A stretch of 64,000 nt of DNA from Chiloscyllium plagiosum (taxonomy: Eukaryota), in NCBI RefSeq assembly GCF_004010195.1, contig NC_057719.1, positions 58,215,823-58,279,822 of the forward strand. The letters are read 5' to 3'. Both the position numbers and the translations under genes were made by a program. The notes below the pieces were generated by a model. It saw nothing but the letters and a program-made list of their open reading frames with translations, had not been told where the DNA came from and searched no databases. Positions 1-12,777 of the stretch are shown here, piece after piece. Every line of letters starts with the position of its first letter. Positions within the stretch are counted from its first letter, which is position 1.

Positions 1-431
1 ACCGGATAACTCATCCTATCCAAAACTGACTTCATGATGCTGTTCTGAAAATACTTGCAATAGTTCCAAAATGCGCATCCCTTAGCACAAAGAGTAAAAA
101 TGACACAGACAGCTTAGTTGGTGAAATCAGAGAGAGGGTTCAGCACTTTTTTGACACATCCTCTGCTGCAACTGAACTCACTAAAGTTCTGATTTGAATC
201 AAAATAAAACTAATTTAAACAAGGGCTAGCTTACACAGCTAGCTGGCCACTCCCATTTGATTACACTAAGGTTTTAAAAACATGGAAGTCTTGGGCCGAA
301 GGCATTACTTGTTAGGGGTAACCACCCAATAAATCTTTCAAACCTAGCCTAGTTAGAGCCTGGCCAATTACCACCTCTCTGAAAAAAAACTCAAGGGCAT
401 AGTTAGCTTCTAAAAAGAACCAGTATTGTGA
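1..431 (-). repeat. 3' LTR of Gmr1-like element (partial)
   Basis: Collinear with 7490-7906 (gatgctgttc.gaaaata, ttagcacaaaga, tgctgcaactgaactcactaaag, aaacctagcctagtt, ccagtattgt); purine tract AAGGGGGG on the minus strand at 433-440. Confidence 0.85.
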
Positions 432-619
432 TCCCCCCTTAAAAAACCCCATAAATATCCTAAGATGCCTTCATTTTCCAAATCCCCCACCAAAATAAAA
501 AGAGTTAATACTTTAAACACACGTAATAGTTCACTAACTATAAACATGCAAACATGAACTAGTACACTCAGATTCAGTCTGTGACACTCCCACTAATGAA
601 CTCCTCTGTTCCTCATTCA

Positions 620-970
620 AGTCTCGACAACGCATCGGTGAGCATATTTTCTCGACCTGCCACATGCACAATTTTCAAACTAAAAGGCTGTAATAACAAG
701 CTCCATGCAAACAGTCTGGCATTTTTGTCCTTAAGTTTCTCCACAAACATCAATGAGTTATGATCAGTGTATGCATTGTATCATTGTAACTGCATTGACT
801 TTGTGATAGTCCGCACATAACCATTGGGTACCATTTGGCTTTGGCACCATTACTATGGGTGAGCTCCGGTCACTGTAACTCACTTTGATTATGCCATCTT
901 AGAGCATGTTTTCTATCTCCTTCTGAACCTGTGCCAGCTTTAGAGGGTTATGCCTAAAAGGATGTTGCTT
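620..970 (-). pseudogene. pol: Gmr1 RT N-terminus fused by deletion to the RNase H C-terminus
   Basis: Minus translation KQHPFRHNPLKLAQVQKEIENML...SSPIVMVPKPNGTQWLCADYHKVNAVT runs directly into YTDHNSLMFVEKLKDKNARLFAWSLLLQPFSLKIVHVAGRENMLTDALSR. Confidence 0.85.
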
Positions 971-1333
971 AATCAGAACAGCATCTCCTATATCTACATC
1001 ATGCATAATTAGTTTATTTAGCTTATTTCCACATATCTCCTCATGTGATAGCAATAACTCTTTCAAGTCATTTCAATTTTCATCTGGAATGTAACTCAAT
1101 AATTTATCCTAAGTTTTGACAACTTCCTTAATGTCCAATTTAATTTGAGGAATGTCCAATACAGAATCCCTTGAACTTGATTCTACACTCTGTGTTGTAA
1201 TCATTACCACCTTCTCCTCTTGCTTTCCTTCCCTGTCAAAATACCTTTTGAGCATATTCACATGACAGACTGAGATTTCTTCCTGTCTGGAGTTCCGATC
1301 AAGTAGTTCACCTCACTCTATTTCCTTTCGATT

Positions 1334-1403
1334 TGATAAGGTCCACTAAACCTTGCTTTTAAAGGTTCTGATAAGGTCCACTAAACCTTGCTTTTAAAGG
1401 TTC
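1334..1403. repeat. Perfect 35-bp tandem duplication
   Basis: tgataaggtccactaaaccttgcttttaaaggttc at 1334-1368 and 1369-1403. Confidence 0.95.
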
Positions 1404-1597
1404 ACTTATCATTGGAAGTAACACGGACGCCTTATTCCCAATGGCAAAACTGCGAATTTGTGATTTCTTATCAGCTTCTTGTTTCATTATATGCTGCGAT
1501 ACTTTTAAATGCTGTCGAGCCAACTCCTCAGTTCTAGTTAATCGTTCTCTAAAATTTGACAAATAATCCAAATGTGTGGTCTCTGAATTCTGACTTA

Positions 1598-4207
1598 AAT
1601 TTGTAAGGAGACCTCGGTTATCTGGCTGGCTCAAAGGTAGAAACGTGGTGTTGGGGTGTTGTTTTTCAGACTGGAGGCCTGTGACCAGTGGAGTGCCACA
1701 AGGATCGGTGCTGGGTCCACTACTTTTCATCATTTATATAAAGGATTCAGATGTGAGCATAAGAGGTTATCTGTAAGAATAATAGAGTGGTTATAGTTAG
1801 GGATTTTAACTTTCCAAACATAGACTGGGACTGACATAAGTGTTAAGGGTTTAGATGGAGAGGAATTTGTTGTGCGTACAAGAACATTTCCTATTTCAAT
1901 ATGTGGATGTACCCACTAGAGAAGGCGCAAAACTTGACCTACTCTTGGGAAATAAGGCAGGGCAGGTGACTGAGGTGTCAGTGGGGGAGCACTTTGGGGC
2001 CAGTGACCATAATTCTATTCGTTTTAAAATAGTGATGGAAAAGGATAGACTAGATCTAAAAGTTGAAGTTCTAAATTGGAGGAAGGCCAATTTTGATGGT
2101 ATTGGGCAAGAACTTTCAAAAGCTGATTGGGCGCAGATGTTCACAGATAAAGGGATGGCTGGAAAATGGGAAGCCTTCAGAAATGAGATGGGAACCCAGA
2201 AAAAGTATATTCCTGTCAGGGTGAAAGAAAAGGCTGGTAGGTATCAGTATTTACTGTGGTCAAGGACATGAGTGGCACGGTGACACAGTGGTCAGCACTG
2301 CTACCTCACAACGTCAGAGACCCGGGTTCAGTTCCCACCTCAGGCGACTGACTGTATGGAGTTTTCACATTCTCCCAGTGTCTGCGTTGGTTTTCTCCGG
2401 GTGCTCCGGTTTCCTCCCAGGGTCCAAAAACGTCCAGGTTAGGTGAATTGGCCATGCTAAATTGCCCGTAGTGTGAGGTGAAGGGGTAAATGTAGGGGAA
2501 TGGGTCTGGGTGGGTTGTGCTTCGGCAGGTCTGTGTGGACTTGTTGGGCTAAAGGGCCTGCTTTCACACTGTAAGTAATCTAATCTAATCAAAAAGATAT
2601 AGAGAATGTAGGGAAATAGATGGTGACATGCTGAAACATGTCCATATTACATAGGAGGAAGTGCTGAATGTCTTGAAACGCATAAAAGTGGATAATTCCC
2701 CAGGACCTGATCAGGTGAAGTGATTGCTGGGCGTCTTACTGAGATATTTTTATCATCGCTAGTCACAGATGAGGTGCCAGAAGACTGGAGGTTGGCTAAC
2801 ATGGTGCCACTATTTCAGAGAGTGGTTAGGACAAGCCAGCGAACTATAGACCAGTGAGCCTGATGTCGGCGGTGGGCAAGTTTTTAGAGGGAATCCTGAG
2901 GGACAGGATGTATATGTATTTGGAAAGGCAAGGCCTGATTAGGGATAGTCGTGGGAAATCATGTCTCACAAACTTGACTAAGTTTTTTGAAGAAGTAACA
3001 AGAGGATTGATGCGGGCAGAGGAACAGATGTGATCTATATGGACTTCAGTGAGGTGTTTGACAAGGTTCCCCATGGGAGACTGGTTAGCAAGGTTAGATC
3101 TCATGGAATACAGGGAGAACTCACCATTTGGATACAGACTGGCTCAAAGGTAGAAACGTGATGTTAGAGGGTTGTTTTTCAGACTGGAGGCCTGTGACCA
3201 GTGGAGTGCCACAAGGATCGGTGCTGGGTCCACTACTTTTCATCATTTATATAAAGGATTCAGATGTGAGCATAAGAGGTTTAGTTAGTAAGTTTGCAGA
3301 TGACACAAAATTTGAGTTGTAGTGGACAACGAAGAAAGTTACCTCAGATTACAATGGGATCTTGATCAGATGGGCCAATGGGCTGAGAAGTCACAGATGG
3401 AATTTAATTTAGATAAATGTGAGATGCTGCATTTTGGGAAAGCAAATCTTAGCAGGACTTATACATTTAATGGTAAGGTCCTAGGGAGTGTTGCTGAACA
3501 AAGACCTTGGAGTGCAGGTTCATAGCTCCTTGAAAGTGGAGTCGCAGGTAGATAGGATAGTGAAGAAGGCGTTTGGTATGCTCTCTTTTATTGGCCAGAG
3601 TATTGAGTACAGGAGTTGGGAGGTCATGTTGCGGCTGTACAGGACATTCATTCGGCCACTCTTGGAATATTGTGTGCAATTCTGGTCTCCTTCCTATCGG
3701 AATGATGTTGTGAAACTTGAAAGGTTTCAGAAAAGATTTACAAAGCTGTTGCCAGGGTTGGAAGATTTGAGCTATAGGGAGAGGTTGAATAGGCGAGGGC
3801 TGTTTTCCTGGAGCGTTGGAGGCTCAGGGGTGACTTTATAGAGTTTATAAAATTATGAGGGGTATGGATAAATAAATAGATAAAGTCTTTTCCTTGGGGT
3901 GGGGGAGTCCAGAACTAGAGGGCGTAAGTTTAGGGTGAGAGGGGAAAGATATAAAAGAGACCTAAGAGGCAACGTTTTCACGCAGAGGGTGGCACATGTA
4001 TGAAATGAGCTGCCAGAGGAAGTCGTGGAGGCTAGTATGATTGCAACATTTAAAAGGCATCTGGATTGGTATAGGAATGGGAAGGGTTTGGAGGGATTAT
4101 GGGCCAGGTGTTCGCAGGTGAGATTAGATTGGGATATCTGGTTGGCACGAACGAGTTGGACTGAAGGGTCAGTTTCTGTGCTGTACATCTCTATGACTCA
4201 ATGACAC
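1598..4207 (+). mobile_element. 5'-truncated CR1 LINE inserted into the Gmr1 integrase
   Basis: EN motifs (LDLLLGN, GASDHN), RT motifs ([19 protein letters not shown]), CR1 3' UTR and (ctatga)-type tail; GACTTA at 1592-1597 and 4208-4213 is a probable TSD. Confidence 0.9.
2270..2592 (+). mobile_element. HE1-type tRNA-derived V-SINE
   Basis: A/B-box head (tggcacggtgacacagtgg...ggttcagttccc), V-domain (tctccgggtgctccggtttcctccca), (taatc)n tail. Confidence 0.85.
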
Positions 4208-4213
4208 GACTTA

Positions 4214-5000
4214 CTTCTCAATCGATTTTAACGGTCCTCTCACTTCATGCCCAAAAACTAATTCAAATGGACTGAATTTAGTTGATTCAACAGTGCATCT
4301 CTGATCGCAAAAAGTAGAAATGGAATTCCCTTATCCCAATCATCTGGATAGTCCTGACTATAAGCCCTCAACATGGTCTTTAGTGTTTGATGCCACCTTT
4401 CTAACACTCCCTGCGAATATGGATGTACACAGTAGATTTGAATTGTTTTCTGCCTAAGCTGTCCATAATTTGTTTGTATAGTTTGGATGTGGAGTTTGAC
4501 TCTTGATCTGACTGTATCTCTATTGGTAATCCATATCTAGTAAAAAAAATTTGAGTAAATCCTGTACAATCCTTTTAGCTGTGATACTGTGTAATGTGAC
4601 GGCCTCTGGAAATCTCATCCATTATTGATTCTCACACATACAGATTCTCACTTTTTGTTTGAGGTAGGGGACCTACACAATCAATTAAGACTCTTGTAAA
4701 AGGTTCTTAAAATGTTGGAATAGGTATTAAAGGTTCAGGTTTTATTACCGTCCTTGGTTTTCCAATTAGCTGATAAGTATTACATGTCTGGTAAAACTCA
4801 ACTACATCCTTGTGTCGTCCAGGCCACTAAAAATGATCTTGTATATTAGCCTGTGTTTTCCTCACTCCTGAATGACCTCCAAGTGGTAGCTCATGCACCA
4901 CTCGCAACACCTCCTTTCTATACTCCACTGGCAATACAATTTGATCAATTTCTGCCCATTTCTCATCTGCCTGAACATGTGATGGTCTCCATTTCCTCAT
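4214..5000 (-). pseudogene. pol: Gmr1 integrase zinc-binding domain and DDE core (continues at ~1100-1597)
   Basis: Minus translation GHSGVRKTQ..WPG..DVVEFYQTC, RVLIDCVGPLP, GLPIEIQSDQ, LVFGHEVRGPL. Confidence 0.85.
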
Positions 5001-5352
5001 TAAAACATAATTTTTCAGGTAATAACACAGGGATATATTCAGATTCCATCTCTGTATGTGTCTTTTGATGCAACTACTTTAAATTTTTATTTTTCTACTG
5101 CAGCTCAATGAGTTTTGCAGAGCCAAAGATATTTGCATGATCACCTATTTGCTCCCGTTTTATCTCAACAAACTGATCAAACACACAGTCTCTGCTGATG
5201 CCACTTTAGCTTCCTGACCTATACCCTTTGATCTCTCCTCCTTCAATGGGGGACTCTGTGACCTCGTTACTACACAATCAGGGAAGTTTCCCAGATAAGA
5301 ATCCTGCATTGCTTCAATTGCCAGAGTCTCCACTGGCTTTTCAACTAGAGTA

Positions 5353-5593
5353 TAAAAATGTGTTGCTGGAAAAGCGCAGCAGGTCAGGCAGCAAAGGAAC
5401 AGGACAATCGACGTTTCAGGCATAAGCCCTTCTTCAGGAAAGAAGAATTCTTTCCTGAATTTGATTCCTGAAGAAGGGCTTAAGCCCGAAACGTTGATTC
5501 TCCTGTTCCTTTGATGCTGCCTGACCTACTGCGCTTTTCCAGCAACACATTTTTAAGCTCTGATCTCCAGCATTTGCAGTCCTCACTTCCTCC
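5353..5593. mobile_element. Penelope-derived inverted-repeat mini-element with hammerhead core
   Basis: Two inverted arms; CTGAAGAAGGGCTTAAGCCCGAAACGT; TSD cttttcaacta(g/c)agta at 5337-5352 and 5593-5608. Confidence 0.8.
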
Positions 5594-5799
5594 TTTTCAA
5601 CTACAGTAGGCAGCATGCCTACCAGTGAATCAGCTATATCATTCGCAAGGACAAATTGTATTCCTGAAGCTGAGAGTTTGTCCAGTATTCCTACCACAAA
5701 TTCTCCACTCTTTTTGGACACTCTAATCTCACTTTACATAATTGAGCGCTTTTTGTCTCACCATGAATTCCTGTTACTAGTACCTTTTCTGGCAATAGT

Positions 5800-7215
5800 T
5801 CTTCAGGAGTACATATCTCCTCACCCTTCAGCATCACAGACTTAGAGGATCCTGTGTACCTTAAATTTGTAACGTCTTTATCTGCTACTCCTGACCTATG
5901 CGAATGAATTTTACCTTTGCAGATATAGTTTTTAAGCAGATCCGCTGAACCAACCGTTGATCAGCTTGTATATTCTGATGTAGCTTTCTAGCTTCCACTG
6001 TGCTTTCTGTTATCATTCCAACAAAACTCCCAGACTTATCCTGCTTCCCTACATCTGGCTTTTTCCTAGGCCACCAGCACTGTGATTTCCTGTGGCCTAT
6101 TTTCTTGCAATGAAAACACAGGAGCTTTTAACCTTCTATGTCCACTTCAAGGGTTTCCTCTTTCCCTGTGGTAAGTTCTCCTCATGATCTTCACCAAGAT
6201 CTACCTTTCCCTTTTCACATGAGGATTTCTCTTTTTCCCAATTTCTATCCCGCATTGATTCACTAAGCCAAACATGTTTTATGAACCAGCTCATAATCAT
6301 TAATCACTTCACTTGCTGTTTTAACCCTCTGCTCTTCCATTTAAGTTCGCACCACATCAAGCAGTGAATTTTTGAACTCTTCCAAAATAACTGTCTCTCT
6401 AACAAAGGTTGCTTTCTTTTTAAAGCTCTTATCTTCAGATCAAAATTATTTTGTTTGATCCTTTCAAACTCAATATAGATTTGACCAGGGCCCTTCCTTA
6501 GATTCCCGAAACGTTGTCTATAGGCTTCTGGTACAATCTCGTATGTACTTAAGATGGCTTTCTTCACCTGCTCATTTGCCCCTGATACCTCCTCTAATAG
6601 TTATGAAAATACCTTACTTGCTTGACCCACAAGTTTGGTTTGGATCAACAAAACCCACAGGGTCACTGGCCACTGCATTTGTTTAGCCACTTTTTCAAAC
6701 GAGATGAAAAAGGCTTGCACATCCTTTTCATCAAATTTAGGCAATGCTTGAACATACTTAAACAGTTTCTCATCAGGCTTTTAACTACCAGGGGGCTTGC
6801 TCATCCTCACTATCTTCCTAACTAAGCTTATCTTTAGCCTTTATCTCCAGCCTTTTAAGCTGACTTCCGTTTCTGAGTGTCAATTTCTGAAGTTCAAACT
6901 CTTTTCCTTTCACTTCTGCAAAAGCCCTTCATTTGTTATTTTCTCTTCTGCTTTTAATTGTAACTCAAACGGTTTCATTTCTGCTTCTAACTGAAGGTTC
7001 TTCATTTGCCATTGAAGTTTAGCTCTCTCTACAGATCCTGATGGGGTTTCCAGCAAATGTAAATGCGGACCTACTATTGCAATCATCTCATCTTTCCTCA
7101 CATTAGGAGGTAACTTCTTGTCTACTAATTCCACAGCTTGGTCTTATTTGCCTTTTGTAAAACCCCTAAGGTCACTTCTTCCACCTCCAGAACCTCCTTT
7201 GTGACTGTTTAAACC
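5800..7215 (-). pseudogene. gag: Gmr1 gag (coiled coil, SCAN-like capsid, CCHC knuckle) and degenerate protease
   Basis: ORF 6304-6567 AILSTYEIVPEAYRQRF; CFHCKKIGHRKSQC at ~6078-6120; LRYTGS (degenerate LRDTGS) at ~5845-5864. Confidence 0.8.
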
Positions 7216-7269
7216 ACCCAAATCAATACTCGAAATAAAAGACACTAACACCTACCACTCACTGTTTAA

Positions 7270-7287
7270 ATCATGGACAAGCCCCCA
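7270..7287 (-). promoter_or_regulatory. Primer-binding site, tRNA-Pro-like
   Basis: Minus strand TGGGGGCTTGTCCATGAT vs canonical tRNA-Pro PBS TGGGGGCTCGTCCGGGAT (15/18), adjacent to the LTR. Confidence 0.8.
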
Positions 7288-7289
7288 AT

Positions 7290-7906
7290 CTCTTATGGAC
7301 TAGGCCAGACCCCTCAAAACATTTTAAAGCAGGTAGCCCACACCATAACATTGTTATTTATTTTAGCTAAGTGTACAGTGGATGTTCCTGGAGCAAATTA
7401 GTTGGCTTGACTGCCAAGTTTTAAACTAACAATTTATTTACAAAATTACAGAATGAAATACAAAGAACAGGAAACAGACTACCAAATAACTTATATCCAA
7501 ACCTAACATAATGATGCTGTTCCGAAAATACATGCAACAGTCCCAATATACACACCCCTTAGCACAAAGAATAAAATTGACACAGCCAACTTACAGCTTG
7601 CAAAGTCAGAGAAAGTTCAGCAGCCTTTTTCACATATCCCCTGCTGCAACTGAACTCACTAAAGGTCTGAATTAAATTTTAAAAACTCTAATCTAAATGA
7701 AGGCGAACTACACACCTAGCTGGCCACTCACCTTTGATTTTTTTAAAGACATGAAATTCCTAGTCTGGAGGTACTGTTAGGGTAAACAAACAGTGACCGA
7801 ATAAACCTTTCAAACCTAGCCTAGTTGGAGTCTGGCCAATTACCCCCCTCTCTGGAAAAAAAACACAAGGGCATAGTAACCTTGTAAAAAGGACCAGTAT
7901 TGTACA
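7290..7906 (-). repeat. 5' LTR of Gmr1-like element
   Basis: Begins TGTACAATACTGG on the minus strand; homologous to 1-431. Confidence 0.85.
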
Positions 7907-8261
7907 AGCATTATACCAAAGTTATTGGCCTGCCAAATTTTACAGAATACTGAGCAATGTAGGACCTTCTTATAGCACAATAGTAGTGCCCAGAGGCACT
8001 GGACCAGAGAGGCTTAGATTCAATAACACCTCTGAACTGATTGATTAGAAAAATGGGTGAATTTTAAAAATTACAGGGCAAACTACAAAGTACCTTACAC
8101 CTCCTATCACCCATCTTGTGGTTCTTTGTTCAATATCCAGTTGCTAGTCACTCCTTCACTCTTTAAATCCCAATTCCATCTGATATTTGAATGGTACTCT
8201 CACATGTGAACATTTTTCCAGTGCAATTCACACTGCTTGTACACAGGACAAAGTCAGTTGT

Positions 8262-8390
8262 AGAGTCAGATTCATAACGCATAGAAACAGACCCTTTGAT
8301 TCAATTCGTCTATGCTGACTAAACATCCCAAAGTGAACTAGTCCCATTTGCCAGCATTTGGCTTATATCCATCTGAACACTTCCTATTCT
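8262..8390 (-). mobile_element. CR1 3'-end fragment
   Basis: Reverse complement of the CR1 3' UTR seen at 4080-4200. Confidence 0.7.
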
Positions 8391-9431
8391 ATCAAGCCAG
8401 CCAAATTTCCCTGTGGTTATTTCAGTGCCTTTTCTACTCTATAGCAGTAACATGGTTTTTGCTTTGCTTTCCACCATCATATGTTTCGTCTTTAAAAGTC
8501 GAAGGGCAATGTGGTAAACAGTCTATCTTCATTCATGTTGAAGCTGTATTTTGCTACATATTTACTCAGGACATTGGTGAGACTGTTTTGTGGGTAATCC
8601 TCTCTTATTTCTGCTAAAATTTACATACCCTCACTGTTTACCACATTGATAACTATGCCATACCTTGTCTTGAACCAGTTCAGTGATCCATAGTGGCCCA
8701 GCTTCTTTGGCAAGATGACTCCCTTTCCTGTGTGATTGGACTAGAGAGTTGAATGTTCTCTGTTCAAGCTGTCTTGAACCAAATTAGCAGAGTTTTCTTG
8801 ACATCAGTATAGGCACCTGTACTCATCTCTGTCCTTGCTGGTAACAGTGCTATTTGTCGAACTATTCTAAAATGTTCTCCTTGAGCTCCAAAATAGTTGA
8901 CTAACTCCTTGGAAGAATCTCTTACTCCTTAGTAATGTCTGTTTTTTGCTTCACACCATAGTTTTTGACTTGTATCAAATTCATTTGATCTCTCATCAAT
9001 TACACTTTTAACTTTCTCACACTTTCAGCCATACTTGCAAAGTTTGAACGAAGGGAATATATTAGAATTTCAGCCATGCACAGAGATTGAGTTATTAAAA
9101 TGATCATCATTTTGTTCTTGAGCTATCAAAATTTAAAGTTATATTGATGTACAATTTATTTTCATGCTACCTACTTTGCAGGCTGGTGATTCTTTTGGCA
9201 CTGTGTCACAACTTGTGTTTTAAGTATTTTGATTTTGCTGATTACTTCGGATAATTCAAAGCTCTTTTATGCATGAAAGCAATATGATATACCAACCTAT
9301 TTGAATTAAAGGAAAAAAATGTCTTTATCTCACACATTTAATCAGAGCTGAAAAGTGATACACATCTTTTCTAGAGGGAAAAGTGGATGACAGCTGAAAG
9401 AGGGGGCAACCTAACCACAGCTGCACAGTGT

Positions 9432-10338
9432 TAGAACATAAGAACTAGGAGCAGGAGTAGGCCATCTGACTGATCATTTTGAGGACTCAGCTCCATTTAC
9501 CTGCAATCTCACCATATTCGTTAACTTCTTTATTAGCTTGAAAAACATTTACTGAAGTAGAGTCAACTACTTCACTGAGCAAGGAATTCCATAGACTCAC
9601 AACCCTTTGGGTGAAGACGTTCCTTCTCAATTCATCCTAAATCTGCTCCCCCTAAACTTGAGGCTACGTTCTCTTGTCCTAGTTTCACCTGCCAGTGGAA
9701 ACATCCTCTCTACTTCTATTTTACCTATTCCCTTCATTATTGTATATGTTTCTTTAAGATCACCCTCATTCTTCTAAATTCCAATGAATATAATCCCAGT
9801 CTACTCAGTCACTCCTCATAAGCCAACACCCTCAACTCCAGAACCAACCTGGTGACCCTCTTCTGCACCCCCTCTAGTGCCAGTACATCCTTTCTCAAGT
9901 AAGGAGACCAATACTACATGGCAGTACTCAGGTGAATCAGGGGGGTGAAAAGGTTGCCCCTTAGGTCGCTTTTAAATTTTTATCCTCTCACCTAAACCTA
10001 TGCTCTTTAGTTCTGGACTCCCCCACTCCAGGTAAAATACCTTGTTTATTTATGCTATCCGTTCCCCTCATGATTTTATAAACCTCTACAAAGTCATCCT
10101 TCAGCCTCTGATGCTCCAGGGAAAACAGCCCTAGCCTATTCAGCCTCTCCCTGTAGCTCAAATCCTCCAACCCTGACAACATCCTTGTAAATCTTTTCAG
10201 AACCCTTTCAAGTTTCACAACATCCTTCTGTTAGGAGGGAGGCCAGAACTGCACACAATATTCCAAAAGTGGCCTAACCAAAGTCCTATACAGCCGCAAT
10301 ATAACCTCCCAACTCCTGTCCTCAATGCTTTGACCAAG
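9432..10338 (-). mobile_element. Two adjacent CR1 3' fragments of different subfamilies (9432-9935; ~9945-10338)
   Basis: agaacataagaac tail; ORF 9988-10218 LERVLKRFTRML..LSYRERLNRLGLFSLE. Confidence 0.8.
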
Positions 10339-11809
10339 GTAGGTCAGATCAAGGTACTTCTTTAGGTGTTCATATCCAAGAAGCCACTATGCAATGTCAA
10401 GATATTGTCTACACAGCAGGAGCCTAACAAAAGCAACTGATAACTTCCAGTATTTTGAGACAGAGATCAGAAAAGTGGATAAAATGTATCAATAGAAAAA
10501 AAAATCATTACAGTCAACTGTCCTGCACACCTTAAGGGCATTCAGCTGAAACGGTCTCCCAGCATCACATGTAAACTCTAGCTAATGGATCAGGGAGTAA
10601 TTAGGAACCTAAAATTCATATAACCTTAATAAGTAAGAACAGGAGTAGGCCATTTGGTTCCTCAAACCTGCTCCATCATTCAATAGGATCATGGCTGAGC
10701 TGACATTTCACGCATCCAATTTCCAGCTCTTTCTCCATAAGTCAATCAATTACCAATGACAGCTAATTTCTGAGGTAATTGAGAATAATTAACACAAAAG
10801 AGTGCAGCACAAACTGTTCCAGAGGCCACATTTATGATGAAGGGGCTGTGAAAGAATGGTGAGAGAAGCCAAAATTGGCAACTAGCATATGCTTCTCAAA
10901 TGGGCTATAACTGCATAAGATGCCAAGATGAAGTAAAGCAGACATCGGATCATGAGGTTCTAATCACTCACCTATGGAAGGCCAGCATGGAAATTCCCGG
11001 AAGACAACCATAGAAACTTACGGCAGGATGGATATTTCTATATGCTGCACAAAGAAACTGATGGAGGAGATCATTATAAATGCAACTGAGGAGGCCAACG
11101 AGGCTGATGACCATGAAGAGTCTGATGCATGATGAATGCCTTCCCTTTCATCAACTAGTTTCCCAATCTGATGTTACAAAGTCTTCAAGCACCAGCACAA
11201 AAACTCAGAAAACATCTGTGATTGCATTAACAATATGGCAGACTATATCATATTTGTCTGAAGTCAGCACACCAGAGAAAAATGACAGCTTTTTCAGACC
11301 TAACTCCTAATATTTTTCAAAATGCACTTCATTGTGCAGTGTCAAACCATTGTAATGTTTGAGCAAAATGAAAATATAGACAATTCTCACAAATCTATTA
11401 TGTCATGGTTCTCATTTTTTAAATGTACAGCACATTTGATGAGAAACTGGATTATGTTGGCACTCCTTCAGCTATCTAGAAGGTCTGCTTAACACATGTT
11501 TGTTGGTGGGCAGCTTGTGATTAATCTTATTGCAATTTTGCTGTATTGGAAAATGGGTGTAAATTTTGAAAACCAAATAAGCATCTTATCACTTGATGTT
11601 TATCTCTTTAAAAGTAATCAGTAACTGGAAAATTGATCTAATTTCATTTTTTAGTTTCTTACTGATTTTCTGTCCTGTGATTTATCACAGAAATATGTCA
11701 ATATTTCAACAGCTAATTTTTGCATGGAAGTTCAATAATGATTTTAATCACTTCCACTGTATTAACAGCTTGTAACAAAACCACATTAAATAAGGATTGT
11801 CACAACTGA

Positions 11810-11990
11810 GGTTGGAGAGTTTGGCAGTATCTGTGGAGACTGAAACTAAGTTAACATTTTAAGGTCATCTTCAGCACTGGACTCAACATAATAACTCAGT
11901 TTCTCTCTCCACAGATACTGCCAGACCTGCTGAGTTTGCATGGTGTTTATTTCACATTTCCAGCATCACTGCATTGTGCTTTGATTTGAG
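11810..11990. mobile_element. Old Penelope-like terminal-repeat relic (inverted)
   Basis: ggcagtatctgtggaga ... tctccacagatactgcc inverted pair; same motif family as 14860-14985 and 57255-57380. Confidence 0.55.
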
Positions 11991-12777
11991 ATGATAGAGT
12001 GCACTGCCACTCTCCAGTCCCACCATTCTACTCATTGCAACACAAACCAGCTACTGAGACATATTTGGAAAAAAAGTCATCAGAATTCTTTAACAAGCAA
12101 ATGCATTATTGATTTCCAGAAAATAAGACTTATTTGACAAAGTTGCAAAGCTGATTACCACATTGATTTGCTAAAATATTTTAAGCATTGTTAGCTTGAG
12201 GGGAAAAAAAAAGAGGGGAACATATGAAATACTCAAGATGGCTTTTAGTTGGCATCCTGCACATACAGAGAGGTGCTACTGAACACATAATTGTTACTGG
12301 CATATATGAAGATGCAGTTCATTCAAGAAACATTGAGAAGAACTCTTTTAGAGGCTTTGCATGAGAGCGGCTGAGTCAGTGTTTTATTTACCCCACTGAA
12401 CCCTAAAAAGTGCTTTCTGATAAAGACAGAAAGCGTACTGAAAACCTTCTCTCTCAGTAGACTGTACCCCAACTGAACACCAAGCAATATCCATGGATAA
12501 AAACTAACTCCTGACAAACATGTGATTTCTAGTAAATAAATTCAAGCAATTATCTTAATTCATGAGTAATGTATTTTAAAAGAAACACGTCCCAATATGT
12601 CCTTTGAGTGAGCCCGCTCTTAGGAGAAAATATGCCAGCTAATTGTCAGACCTTTCAAATGAACCATTGTTCGCATCTTTTCAACCATAATCCTTAAAAA
12701 GGATACTAATAACAAAGTATCTTTATCACAGCACTGATTTCTCAATTTTGCACCACCAGGATGATGTTAAATTCAAA

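Larger units (their letters stand above)
1..7906 (-). mobile_element. Gmr1-like (Gypsy/Ty3) LTR retrotransposon, decayed; order gag-PR-IN-RT-RH; 3' LTR truncated by window start
   Basis: Two homologous LTRs (1-431, ~7290-7906), a PBS, a PPT, and manual minus-strand translation of gag (SCAN-like, CCHC), PR, IN, RT N-terminus and RNase H. Confidence 0.9.

Noticed and set aside
2270..2345. tRNA-like sequence (also 27045-27122)
   Set aside because: SINE head followed by a V-domain and LINE-derived tail, not a tRNA gene
7960..8050. Possible degraded tRNA-derived SINE
   Set aside because: Too short and diverged to support a call
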